A DNA stretch of 64,000 bases from Methylotetracoccus sp. Lineage in GTDB: Bacteria; Pseudomonadota; Gammaproteobacteria; Methylococcales; Methylococcaceae. Numbering within the stretch: the stretch's first letter is position 1; every line of letters begins with the position of its first letter. Position numbers and translations under genes: made by a program. Of the stretch, positions 38,558 through 47,447 are shown in pieces. The notes beneath the pieces are model-generated. The model was not told the DNA's origin. It saw only the letters and a list, made by a program, of their open reading frames with translations, and did not search any database. The stretch is from contig JAXMGB010000012.1 in assembly GCA_046347485.1 (NCBI GenBank), positions 47,808 through 111,807 on the forward strand. The letters run 5' to 3'.

Positions 38558-40249
38558 TCACGTGCGCACCGCCAGAGCACGGTTGAACCACTGCCGCGCG
38601 TTGCCGAGGCGCCCGGCAAGCACTCGCCGCAACCCGTTCGGCAGCAGCATGCTGAATGAAAAGCCCCGATCGAGCCGGATCAGCCCTAGGAGCACACGCA
38701 GCCGAGCCGGGTAACACAGCCCACCGACGTTCTCGTCGATCACGCTGCCGAGGCTACGCGAGGTCGAGTAGAAATGTTTCAGCAGCAGATCGTATTCGCC
38801 GATGCGCTCGCGGAGCGGACCACTCCATTCGTCACGCGGCGTGCCAAGCGGAGGTATTGCCTGATACATCTCGGCCAGCAGCCGGTCCCAACCGGGCCCC
38901 GCATGCAGGTCGTCGACCAGGGCTTTGGTCCGGTCACCCAGTGCGCGGCGCCACTCCGGGTCGGCTATCAGCTCACTGACGGTCCGTCGATACGCCACGA
39001 GGTCCGCGGCACGCAGCATGGTATCGTCGAGCCCCGGCGCGCCAGCGTTGAGTACCTCGAGGGCGGTCGCGTCCTCGCCTTCCCGGTTGGGGATGTAACT
39101 GACCAGCGGCAAGCCATAACCCGCGGCCTCCAGCAGCGAGGTATTCGACGACACCGGAAACGAATCGAGGTAGATGTCGCCAGCGCGGAAATACAGATCC
39201 GTGTCGCTGCGGCGACCCAACGCGAGCACTCGACCGCCCGTCGCCGCACGAGCCGACTCCCATGGACCTGATGAATCGGGGCCGATCGCGACCACCACGG
39301 CTTTCGGATACTCGGCAATGATTTCCTGCAGGACGGTCGGGAATGGGGGGTCGCCCGCGGGCTCGTATTTGAGTCCTCGTGCAATCGTCAGCAACAACAC
39401 GGTATCGTCGTCGTAACCGAGCTGTCGCTTGGCCTCTGCCCGCGTCGGGCCGGGCCCGATCGGAAGCAAGGGTATCGGCAACAAACCGAGCCGCCGGGCG
39501 TCGAGCCCTCGACGCTCGACCGCCAGCGGTCGGGCGGAACGGCGGAGTTGAACGAAATAGTCGCCGATGCTGGCACCAAGCCAGAATTGATGGTCGGCCT
39601 GATCGAGGAAGACCACCGGAGGCATGCCATCGGGAACCGCGAATGCGATCAGTGGCACGACGTCCTCGGGATAGATGTGCAGGAACACGAAATCCGCGTC
39701 ACGGGCGAGATCCCGGAGCTGACGCGCGCGGCTCAGCGGATCCACGCTCGACTGATCCAGCACATGAACCCGCCCACCCGCCCGCTTGACGCTGTCCGTC
39801 AGCCCGTTCGGAACGCCAAAGCGTCCTTGTGAGGTGACCGCCAGCGAATGGCGCCGGGCGCCGTCTCGCTGTATCCACCGCCAGACGAAGCGGGTATCAC
39901 CCCCGACGTCACGAGCGGCCGTCAGCACATGAAGAACCCGGGGCGTAGCGCCTGGCTCGCCGATGTTCCGCGCGTCCTGATGGCGCTCGGACTGGAACAT
40001 CGCGCCGCCGACCTCGCGCAGGATGCGCTCCAGATCCGGGCTGGCGAACGCGCCATGGTGACTGTAGGACGCATGGGATGCGGCAATCTGCGAGACGACG
40101 GCCGCTTCCATCCAGCGCTTTCGCGACCGGAAGCGATCGGCAAGCCTAACGAGCGCCCGAAAGTCGGATCGCGCATCGACGATCGCCTGATGGTCTGGCG
40201 AAAAATCCCGGCCGGCAGCGTTGCCAGGCCGATCGATCAGCGAGCCCAT
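38558..40249 (-). CDS. GT-B fold glycosyltransferase (GT4-like)
   Basis: RVLHV...GGDTR, DIYLDSFP, LLEAAGYGLP; ATG at 40249 with GGAGG RBS. Confidence 0.72.
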   Translation of the reverse strand: MGSLIDRPGNAAGRDFSPDHQAIVDARSDFRALVRLADRFRSRKRWMEAAVVSQIAASHASYSHHGAFASPDLERILREVGGAMFQSERHQDARNIGEPGATPRVLHVLTAARDVGGDTRFVWRWIQRDGARRHSLAVTSQGRFGVPNGLTDSVKRAGGRVHVLDQSSVDPLSRARQLRDLARDADFVFLHIYPEDVVPLIAFAVPDGMPPVVFLDQADHQFWLGASIGDYFVQLRRSARPLAVERRGLDARRLGLLPIPLLPIGPGPTRAEAKRQLGYDDDTVLLLTIARGLKYEPAGDPPFPTVLQEIIAEYPKAVVVAIGPDSSGPWESARAATGGRVLALGRRSDTDLYFRAGDIYLDSFPVSSNTSLLEAAGYGLPLVSYIPNREGEDATALEVLNAGAPGLDDTMLRAADLVAYRRTVSELIADPEWRRALGDRTKALVDDLHAGPGWDRLLAEMYQAIPPLGTPRDEWSGPLRERIGEYDLLLKHFYSTSRSLGSVIDENVGGLCYPARLRVLLGLIRLDRGFSFSMLLPNGLRRVLAGRLGNARQWFNRALAVRT

Positions 40250-40277
40250 GCGTCCTCCATCGGAGACTGCCCCGTAA

Positions 40278-41954
40278 TCATGTACGCCCGACCTGATTGG
40301 CCGGAACGCCAAATCGAAACATGCGCTGCAGCGGGCGACCGATGAAACGGGCGCGCTCGGCGCGCGTCAGACCTATCAGCATCAGCACCGCCAAGGACGT
40401 GGCACCGGCGCTCAGCCCTTGGATGATGAGATCCACCCAGTTCAGTGCCGACGGACGCAACGTAAGCTCGAGCATACCGGCGAGCCTGGCGGGCCAATCG
40501 GCGCTCGCAAAGCCGCCATTGCCGATCCATTCGACCGCCCACGAATCGACCGCTTCGCGTTGTCCGCCGAGACGGATCAACGCCAGCAGCAGCAACTGCA
40601 CGATGCCCGCCATGATCGGTCTGATGCAGGCGCGCCTGACGAACTGCCCCACGGACAGGCCCATGATCCCGTGAGCGAGAATTGGGACGATGAGGAGATC
40701 CCCGATCACCGAGGCGGCAACGGTGGCGATCGCCATGCCAACCAGGCCGTAGGGGCCCACGAGGCCGAGCGCCAGACCGACGGTGATGATCGACCCGGTG
40801 ATCATCACCGACGCCACCGTACGCACGCGCCCGGCACCCATCAGAACCTGCGCGGCGATGTTCGTCGTATAGGTCGTCACGGTGCCGACCAGCAGGATTC
40901 GGAACAGCAATGCGACCGAGGGATAGGGCTGCCCATCGAGGAAGCCGGCGCCGATCCACAAGCGATAGAAGTCGGTCGCCCACAACTCGGCGATCAGCAC
41001 GACCGGAACCATGACCAGCATCATCAGACGCGATCCCTCGTGGTACAGTCGTTCGAGACGGGCATGATCTCCCTGTGCGTGGAGTTCCGCTGCGGCGGGA
41101 TACATGACCTGACTGATCGGACCCATCAGCGAGTTGACCTGCCGGGACAAGCCCGTCGCGAGTGCGAAATGCCCGACGGCGGCGATCGGCATGAACGCGC
41201 CGATCAGGATAGTCGGCACGTGCTGATAGACGTATGCATTGATCGAGATGAAGAAATTCCAGATCCCAAAGGACCCCATCTCGCGAATCCTGGCGGGCAC
41301 GACACAGCGCCTGGACACCTCGAGATCCGGCGCCAGCCGCGTTGCGACACGCCAGCGCAGCAGATAGTCGACGAGATTCGACGACGCGGTGGCGAGGCTC
41401 ACGCCAATCAGACCCCACCCCATCCGCAGCGCCACGACGACCGAAACAGCCGTCAGAAGGCGCGTCAGTACGCCGATCGCATTGGCGAGATCGAAGCGCT
41501 GCGTCGCCATGAATACCGACATGAACGGCGTGAACGTGAATTGAACGGCCGCACTGAATCCGACGACGAGGATGCACCAGAATGCCTCGTCACTGGTTTC
41601 GGCTGGCAGTTCGAACCAGTGGGGCGCGGCGAATGCGGCACCGACGCTCAGCACCATCATGAGCAGCCCGAGCACCGCGAGAGCCGCGACCGCGCTGCTG
41701 AGACATTCGCTGCACTTGTCGTATTCGCGGGTCGCTGCGTAGCGCGTCAGGTGCTGTGTGACGCCTGAGCGAAATCCGAGATCGAGCAATCCGTAGTAGC
41801 CGATGATGCTCGATGTCAGGATCCAGATGCCGTAACGGGCGGAACCGAGTTCGCGCAGCACGACCGGCGTCAGCAACAGGGTCACGGCCGCATTCACGGC
41901 AAAGCCGCCGAAGTTGCTGGCGACATTTCTGAGAATCGTTGCGGAACGGCTCAC
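40278..41954 (-). CDS. Oligosaccharide flippase (Wzx/MOP family)
   Basis: RNVASN, LG...YGIW, LLDLG; many TM helices. Confidence 0.88.
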   Translation of the reverse strand: MSRSATILRNVASNFGGFAVNAAVTLLLTPVVLRELGSARYGIWILTSSIIGYYGLLDLGFRSGVTQHLTRYAATREYDKCSECLSSAVAALAVLGLLMMVLSVGAAFAAPHWFELPAETSDEAFWCILVVGFSAAVQFTFTPFMSVFMATQRFDLANAIGVLTRLLTAVSVVVALRMGWGLIGVSLATASSNLVDYLLRWRVATRLAPDLEVSRRCVVPARIREMGSFGIWNFFISINAYVYQHVPTILIGAFMPIAAVGHFALATGLSRQVNSLMGPISQVMYPAAAELHAQGDHARLERLYHEGSRLMMLVMVPVVLIAELWATDFYRLWIGAGFLDGQPYPSVALLFRILLVGTVTTYTTNIAAQVLMGAGRVRTVASVMITGSIITVGLALGLVGPYGLVGMAIATVAASVIGDLLIVPILAHGIMGLSVGQFVRRACIRPIMAGIVQLLLLALIRLGGQREAVDSWAVEWIGNGGFASADWPARLAGMLELTLRPSALNWVDLIIQGLSAGATSLAVLMLIGLTRAERARFIGRPLQRMFRFGVPANQVGRT

Positions 41955-42020
41955 GTGCCGCCAGCCTCCTGAATCAGCGAATCGTTACAATCGAGGTAGG
42001 CGATCGATCGCCCGTGAGGC

Positions 42021-43157
42021 TCAATGCGCGCCCTCGTGCAGCAACGCATCGACGATGCGCTCGGCGGCCCGGCCGTCCCACAAGTCGGGGATGCGCCCGC
42101 GCGGAACATCGCCACGCAAGATCTTCTGCGCCCAATGGTGGATATCGGCACCGCGATTGCCGATGACGAAATTCGTACCGTCCTCGCAGGTAATCGGTCG
42201 CTCGGTGTTGAATCGCAGCGTCAGGCAGGGAACGCCGAGAACCGTCGTCTCCTCCTGCAGCCCGCCGCTGTCGGTAATGACCATTCCGGCATGCATGTTC
42301 AGATGGAGGAAATCCAGATAGCTCAATGGCTCCGTCATCCAGAGACCTTGCGGTTGCTCGGCGCTCGAAAAGAAGCGGCCGAATCCGAACTGCTCGATCA
42401 TCTTTCGCGTGCGCGGATGGATCGGGAAGACGATCGGCAACTCACGAGCAATTTCGTGCAACGCCTCGAGAATCCCGCCCAGCGTTTCCGGTTCATCCAC
42501 GTTCGACGGCCGGTGTAGCGTCAAGGTCGCGAATCCACCGGCACGAAGACCCCAGGTCTCCATCAGGCCACGGCCCCGGGCCAATTCACGATGCTTCAGC
42601 AGCGTGTCGATCATGACGTTGCCCACGAAGTGGACCTTTTCGGCGGCGACACCCTCGGCCGCCAGGTTCTGATTGGCGAAGCGGTCCGTCGTGAACAGGT
42701 AGTCACACAGGACATCGGTACACAAGCGATTGATTTCCTCTGGCATCTCCATGTCGCGCGAACGAAGGCCGGCTTCCACATGCGCAACCTTGACCCCTAG
42801 TTTCTTCGCGGTGATGGTGCAGGCCATCGTCGAATTCACGTCGCCGACGACGACGACGAGATCCGGTCGTTCGCTGAGGCAAACCTTTTCGAACTCGACC
42901 ATGATCCGCGCGGTCTGCTCGGCGTGCGAACCCGACCCGACCTCGAGATCGATATCCGGCCGCGGCATTCCCAGGTCGACGAAGAAGGAACGACTCATCC
43001 GTTCGTCGTAGTGTTGACCGGTGTGTACCAGCGAATGCGCGATTTGGTCGGGATGACGATTCATCGCATCGATGATCGGCGCCATCTTCATGAAGTTCGG
43101 CCGGGCACCCACGACATTGATCACTTTGAGCACGGTTTTCCTCTTGCCGTCCATCAC
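42021..43157 (-). CDS. wecB: UDP-N-acetylglucosamine 2-epimerase (non-hydrolysing)
   Basis: GARPNFMK, HTGQHYD, GDVNST, HVEAGLRS, TDSGGLQEE, TERP. Confidence 0.94.
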   Translation of the reverse strand: MMDGKRKTVLKVINVVGARPNFMKMAPIIDAMNRHPDQIAHSLVHTGQHYDERMSRSFFVDLGMPRPDIDLEVGSGSHAEQTARIMVEFEKVCLSERPDLVVVVGDVNSTMACTITAKKLGVKVAHVEAGLRSRDMEMPEEINRLCTDVLCDYLFTTDRFANQNLAAEGVAAEKVHFVGNVMIDTLLKHRELARGRGLMETWGLRAGGFATLTLHRPSNVDEPETLGGILEALHEIARELPIVFPIHPRTRKMIEQFGFGRFFSSAEQPQGLWMTEPLSYLDFLHLNMHAGMVITDSGGLQEETTVLGVPCLTLRFNTERPITCEDGTNFVIGNRGADIHHWAQKILRGDVPRGRIPDLWDGRAAERIVDALLHEGAH

Positions 43158-43390
43158 TGAAGTCGACGGCTCTCGGTTCGGATTGATTGGGGTGGCGACC
43201 GCTTGCCCGTCACGCAGTCCCGCGCCACTGAGCAGGTTTGACTCGATCGATACCGTGCCGCGTTACGGCCGGTACGGCGCCCCACACTTAGCCTAGGCCA
43301 TCTCCAGCCCTCCACGCGGTGGCGGCGCGGGGAGCCTGGCTCATTCATTGGCCCCTGAGATCGCGTCCGTCGCCGACGCACGCAGATCCA

Positions 43391-43406
43391 AGCAAAGACG
43401 ATGCCA
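43391..43406 (-). promoter_or_regulatory. Sigma-54 promoter for the wecB-to-lyase operon
   Basis: Minus strand TGGCATCGTCTTTGCT, near-perfect consensus. Confidence 0.8.
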
Positions 43407-43479
43407 CCGGAAAATATTCATTTCACAACAATCCCCTAGGATCTATCGCATCAAGCTCGGAGCGGACTGCGCAGCCGCT

Positions 43480-43496
43480 TGTAAAATCGCCGGACA
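43480..43496. promoter_or_regulatory. Enhancer site TGT-N11-ACA
   Basis: TGTAAAATCGCCGGACA, 74 nt upstream of the sigma-54 site. Confidence 0.75.
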
Positions 43497-43803
43497 GGCG
43501 ACGGACGCGGCCGACCCGGCCGTCGCCCCTTGCCGCATCGGCCGACCGCGAGCATTTCGTTTTCGCTCCTTTGACAGAACACGGTTCATCAACTACGCCT
43601 TAATGGACAGCTCGACCAAGGGCTGAGCGGGGGCCGTGTCAGCTCGGCGCAGCGCGCGAGTTGCCCCCTGATGACCTATAGAGCCGAACGATCCGCGCCA
43701 AGCACATGCCGGTTTTGCCGCGGTCAGCAACGCCCCGGAATGCCGTTAACAGCTACTCCCTCGTGTTTTCCGGTCCCCGGGGACCTTAAAGGAGCTCAAC
43801 ACA

Positions 43804-44034
43804 ATGAAAGCAATACTATTGCGACTGTTTACGGTGGCATCGTTCCTGTTCCTGACCGGGGCTGGCAACGTGGCCTTGGCTGAACGAAATCAGGGACATC
43901 CGACAAGCCCGCCGCGGGAATCCCGGCCACCGACGGCACCCGAGATCGACGCGACCGCCGGCGCTGCTGCCCTCGGGCTCCTCTCCGGCACGATCTTGCT
44001 GATTCGCGAGAGACGGCGCTCGCGACGCCATTAA
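43804..44034 (+). CDS. VPEID-CTERM (here APEID) sorting-domain micro-protein, 76 aa
   Basis: AAGGAG RBS; signal peptide ending VALA; Pro-rich spacer; APEID-TM helix-RERRRSRRH; directly upstream of an exosortase. Confidence 0.88.
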   Translation: MKAILLRLFTVASFLFLTGAGNVALAERNQGHPTSPPRESRPPTAPEIDATAGAAALGLLSGTILLIRERRRSRRH

Positions 44035-44080
44035 CCGCGTCCTTCCCGCATCCGGGTCCGGCGAGCCACCTGGCTGCCCG

Positions 44081-45778
44081 ATGCGGACGAACCGGATGAC
44101 CAGAACGATGCTGATGCTGCAATTCGACGCGGCATCTCGCGCGGGATTCCTGCTCGGATTGATCGGCTGCGAATTGCTCGGCCTGCGGGCGTTCTTCGCC
44201 GTGCCATGCCTGTATACGCCCGCTCCGTCGATCGTCACGACGCTCGATTGGCCGGTGCTGCTGCTGCATGGCGCTCGAGACGTATGGAAGTTGACGCTGG
44301 CGATCGCTGTGAGCTGCGTCGCGGTTCTATGGCCTCGCGCGGAATCCATCATCCACCGATTGCATCGCGCGAGCGTGGATCGGCGCACTGGACCGGCTCT
44401 TAGCTTGCATCTGCTGTCGTTTGCGGCGCTGTGGTTCGCGACCACCATGATTTTCGGCGATCCATATCGCGTCACCGGTGACGCGGCGTTCGCGGGCGTG
44501 CTTTGGTACTCACTCGTCGCGTTGACCCTGGCGTCCTGGTTGAACGCGATCGCGCCGGCTCGAAGCTTGATGGAGGTCGTGCGGGGCCATCGAATGCAAG
44601 TGTCGCTCGGCATCGGGCTAGGTTTCAGCGCCTGGCTGCTGCTGCGCATGTTCGAACGACAGCAGGCGCCGCTGGCGCAGCAAGAACTATGGTCCGCCTT
44701 GTCGAACGCGACACTGTGGATGGTCCAAGCGCTCGTGCGCCTTCTGTATGGCGAGGTCGTCTTCGATCCCGCCGCAAACCTGGTCGGAACACCATCGTTC
44801 CACGTCGAGGTCAGCTACGCCTGCTCCGGTATCGAGGGGATCTCGCTGATGACGATTTTCCTCGTGCTTTACGGATGGCTGTACCGCCAGGAGTTGCGCT
44901 TTCCGTACGTGCTGGTGTTGATCCCGTTGGGAGCCACGGCGATCTGGCTGGCGAACGCGGTACGGATTACGGCGCTGATCGTGGTCGGCTCATCGGTGTC
45001 GCGCGAGATCGCGATCGATGGCTTCCACGCCCAGGCCGGGTGGATCGCATTCACGGTGATCGCCCTCGGCGCGATCGTGATGACCCACCGAACCCGCTTG
45101 TTCACCCGGAGCACGTGGTCGTCGCCGAGGATTGACGAGCCGGCCCAACTGGCATCCGCTCTGCTGGCACCCTTCCTCGTACAACTCGCCGCGACGATGC
45201 TGACCTCTGCGATGTCGAATGGCTTCGACGCCCTTTACCCCCTGCGCGTGCTGGCCACGGGCGGGACATTGGTCGTATTCGCCTCACGCTACCGAAATCT
45301 GGGCTGGAGTGTGTCGCCCGAGGCGTTCGGGTTTGGCATCGCCGCCTTCTTGATCTGGATGATCCTTGATCCGGGGGCTTCGGGGACACCGACCCGCGTG
45401 CAGCAGAGCATCGAAGCGCTACCCTCATGGGCCAGCGCCTCCTGGATCGCCGCGCGAGTCGTCGGCGCGACGATCACGGTCCCCCTGGCGGAAGAACTCG
45501 CGTTTCGTGTCTATCTGCTGAGAAAGCTGACCGCAATGGACTTCGAGAACGTCGCACCGAGAGCATTCAACTGGGTTGCGTTCGCGGGCTCGTCGGTGTT
45601 GTTCGGCCTGCTGCACGGTGATCGCTGGCTCGCGGCCACGCTCGCGGGCAGCGCGTTTGCCCTGGCCCTGCGCCGACGCGGGCAAATCGGTGACGCGGTC
45701 GTGGCGCACGCAACGACCAACGGTGCGATCGCTTTGGTCGTGCTGCTCAACGGGCGTTGGGATCTCTGGGGAGCTTGA
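44081..45778 (+). CDS. xrtE: Exosortase E / CAAX (CPBP) protease fusion, VPEID-CTERM system
   Basis: Exosortase triad ACSGIEG (Cys), NAVRI (Arg), GFHAQAGW (His); C-terminal EELAFR, FGLLH, HATTN CPBP motifs. Confidence 0.88.
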   Translation: MRTNRMTRTMLMLQFDAASRAGFLLGLIGCELLGLRAFFAVPCLYTPAPSIVTTLDWPVLLLHGARDVWKLTLAIAVSCVAVLWPRAESIIHRLHRASVDRRTGPALSLHLLSFAALWFATTMIFGDPYRVTGDAAFAGVLWYSLVALTLASWLNAIAPARSLMEVVRGHRMQVSLGIGLGFSAWLLLRMFERQQAPLAQQELWSALSNATLWMVQALVRLLYGEVVFDPAANLVGTPSFHVEVSYACSGIEGISLMTIFLVLYGWLYRQELRFPYVLVLIPLGATAIWLANAVRITALIVVGSSVSREIAIDGFHAQAGWIAFTVIALGAIVMTHRTRLFTRSTWSSPRIDEPAQLASALLAPFLVQLAATMLTSAMSNGFDALYPLRVLATGGTLVVFASRYRNLGWSVSPEAFGFGIAAFLIWMILDPGASGTPTRVQQSIEALPSWASASWIAARVVGATITVPLAEELAFRVYLLRKLTAMDFENVAPRAFNWVAFAGSSVLFGLLHGDRWLAATLAGSAFALALRRRGQIGDAVVAHATTNGAIALVVLLNGRWDLWGA

Positions 45779-46045
45779 GATCCAGTCACCACTATCCAAG
45801 CTCGAAACCGACCACGGCATTTCGCCGAATCGTTAAGCACGACTTCACCCGACCGTCACCGGCGACCGATACGCGGCGATGCGCATTCCCGGTTAAAATC
45901 CGGTCGACGGCCTCCGGCTTGCTAGCGGCAGACATCGGACCAGTGCTGCGGTCGTCGATTCGACGGGAATCGCGCGAACCTTGAGTCCGCGCTCGGCCAT
46001 CGGCGCCGTCGGCCGATCGAGTCCCACGCGGACGGTAAACAGGAA

Positions 46046-46399
46046 ATGAACGCGGCCCGCATCAAGAGCTTCTTCACGTTGCTGGTGCTGGCCCTGATCG
46101 GCTTCGGGCCGATCTCGTTGACCGCCCTGATCGGCTTGTACGTGGTGGGCCGGCGGCCCGCCTGGTTCATCGAGCTTGTCGAAGCAGTCTACGGAGGAAA
46201 GAGAATTCGGCCGTCTCAGGCGCCGCGTGCATCGGCATACCTCCGCGCACGCTATACCGCCGCACTGATCGGCCTGCTGATCCTGGACATCGCGCCGATA
46301 CCCATCGTCGGCTCGATCGGGCTTTACATCGTGCTGGCGCGTCCGGCATGGTTCCTGCGCCTTTCACGAAACCTCTACGCGGGATTTGACCGGCGCTGA
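46046..46399 (+). CDS. Small membrane protein made of two internal repeats
   Basis: AGGA RBS; GPISLTALIGLYVVGRRPAWFIELVEAVY vs APIPIVGSIGLYIVLARPAWFLRLSRNLY. Confidence 0.75.
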   Translation: MNAARIKSFFTLLVLALIGFGPISLTALIGLYVVGRRPAWFIELVEAVYGGKRIRPSQAPRASAYLRARYTAALIGLLILDIAPIPIVGSIGLYIVLARPAWFLRLSRNLYAGFDRR

Positions 46400-46823
46400 G
46401 ACCGAGTCGGTACTCCCAGTCCATCCGTCGACCAATGGCGACCGCCCTGAATGTTCGGCACCGAGCGAGGAACGTCGGCATAGTGCCTTGAAGGGCAACT
46501 GCCGTGGAATGAGAAGCCCCAGACTGCATCGCCGCCAGGAGTAGGCTTGCGCCGAACAAGCGGCGCCGACGCGCATGTTGAGGACATCGGATCGAGAATC
46601 GCGCGCACTGGGCGACGATCAAGACGAAAAGAGAAATCCCGGATATTCCTGCGCCCGTACCAAGACGGTTCCGTGTTCGTTCCCTGTCACTACCCGGGAT
46701 TCGCGGCCATCCAGAGCGTCCCTTGCTCGGAATCCGGCCGACAGCGTTGATTTCCCCCCTGTCGCGGTGCCGATTAAACGCCCTATTGCCATACTCCGCA
46801 ATGGGGAATTCTACGTAGTGACA

Positions 46824-47447
46824 TCAACTTTCCGATTTGTATGTGCCGTGCAAAACGCCCATCCGGATCACCGCCGCGAGCGAGCGCGTGCCCATCTTCT
46901 GCATCAGGCTCTCACGATGCTTCTCGACCGTGCGCTCACTGATGCCCATCGCCAGCGCCATGACCTTGTTCGAATCGCCGTTGACGATACCGCTCATGAC
47001 TTCCCGTTCGCGCTGCGACAACTGGGAGAACAGCTCGTTGAACCGCTGTCGTTCCAGATCGCGCTGCCGGTTGGTCGTATCGATCGTCACCGCAGCGCGC
47101 ACCCGATCGAGGATCAGTTGATGCGCGGCGGGCTTTTCGATGAAGTCGAACGCGCCCGATTTCACCGCGTTGACAGCCATCGGTACGTCGCCATGCGCGG
47201 TCACCATGATCACCGGCAGATGGGGGCCCACCGTAGACAGGCGCTCGAGCAAGCGCAAGCCCCCCATGCCGGGCATCCGGACATCAAGCAGCATGCAGCC
47301 AGGGCTGGGGTTTCCCGGGCGCTGCAGAAACTCCTCGGCCGACTCGAAGAGTTCGACCCGATAACCCGCCGATTCCAGCAACCAGCGCAGCGACTCCCGC
47401 ATGTCCTGGTCATCATCGACGACGAAGACCGTTGCCTCAGACACCAT
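46824..47447 (-). CDS. FixJ/LuxR-family response regulator
   Basis: VFVVDDD, LLDVRMPG, FIEKP, LSQREREV...SNK...TVEKHR HTH. Confidence 0.92.
   Translation of the reverse strand: MVSEATVFVVDDDQDMRESLRWLLESAGYRVELFESAEEFLQRPGNPSPGCMLLDVRMPGMGGLRLLERLSTVGPHLPVIMVTAHGDVPMAVNAVKSGAFDFIEKPAAHQLILDRVRAAVTIDTTNRQRDLERQRFNELFSQLSQREREVMSGIVNGDSNKVMALAMGISERTVEKHRESLMQKMGTRSLAAVIRMGVLHGTYKSES

Noticed and set aside
18923-44034. Lasso-peptide/RiPP cluster (AsnB homologues plus a small peptide)
   Set aside because: The AsnBs retain glutaminase domains, no B1/B2 leader peptidase or RRE is seen, and the peptide has Sec-signal and CTERM architecture
45908-45923. Sigma-54-like CGGCCTCCGGCTTGCT
   Set aside because: No enhancer at the expected distance; may be chance in GC-rich DNA
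46400-46823. Possible small ORF or ncRNA between convergent genes
   Set aside because: No recognisable RNA motif or credible start
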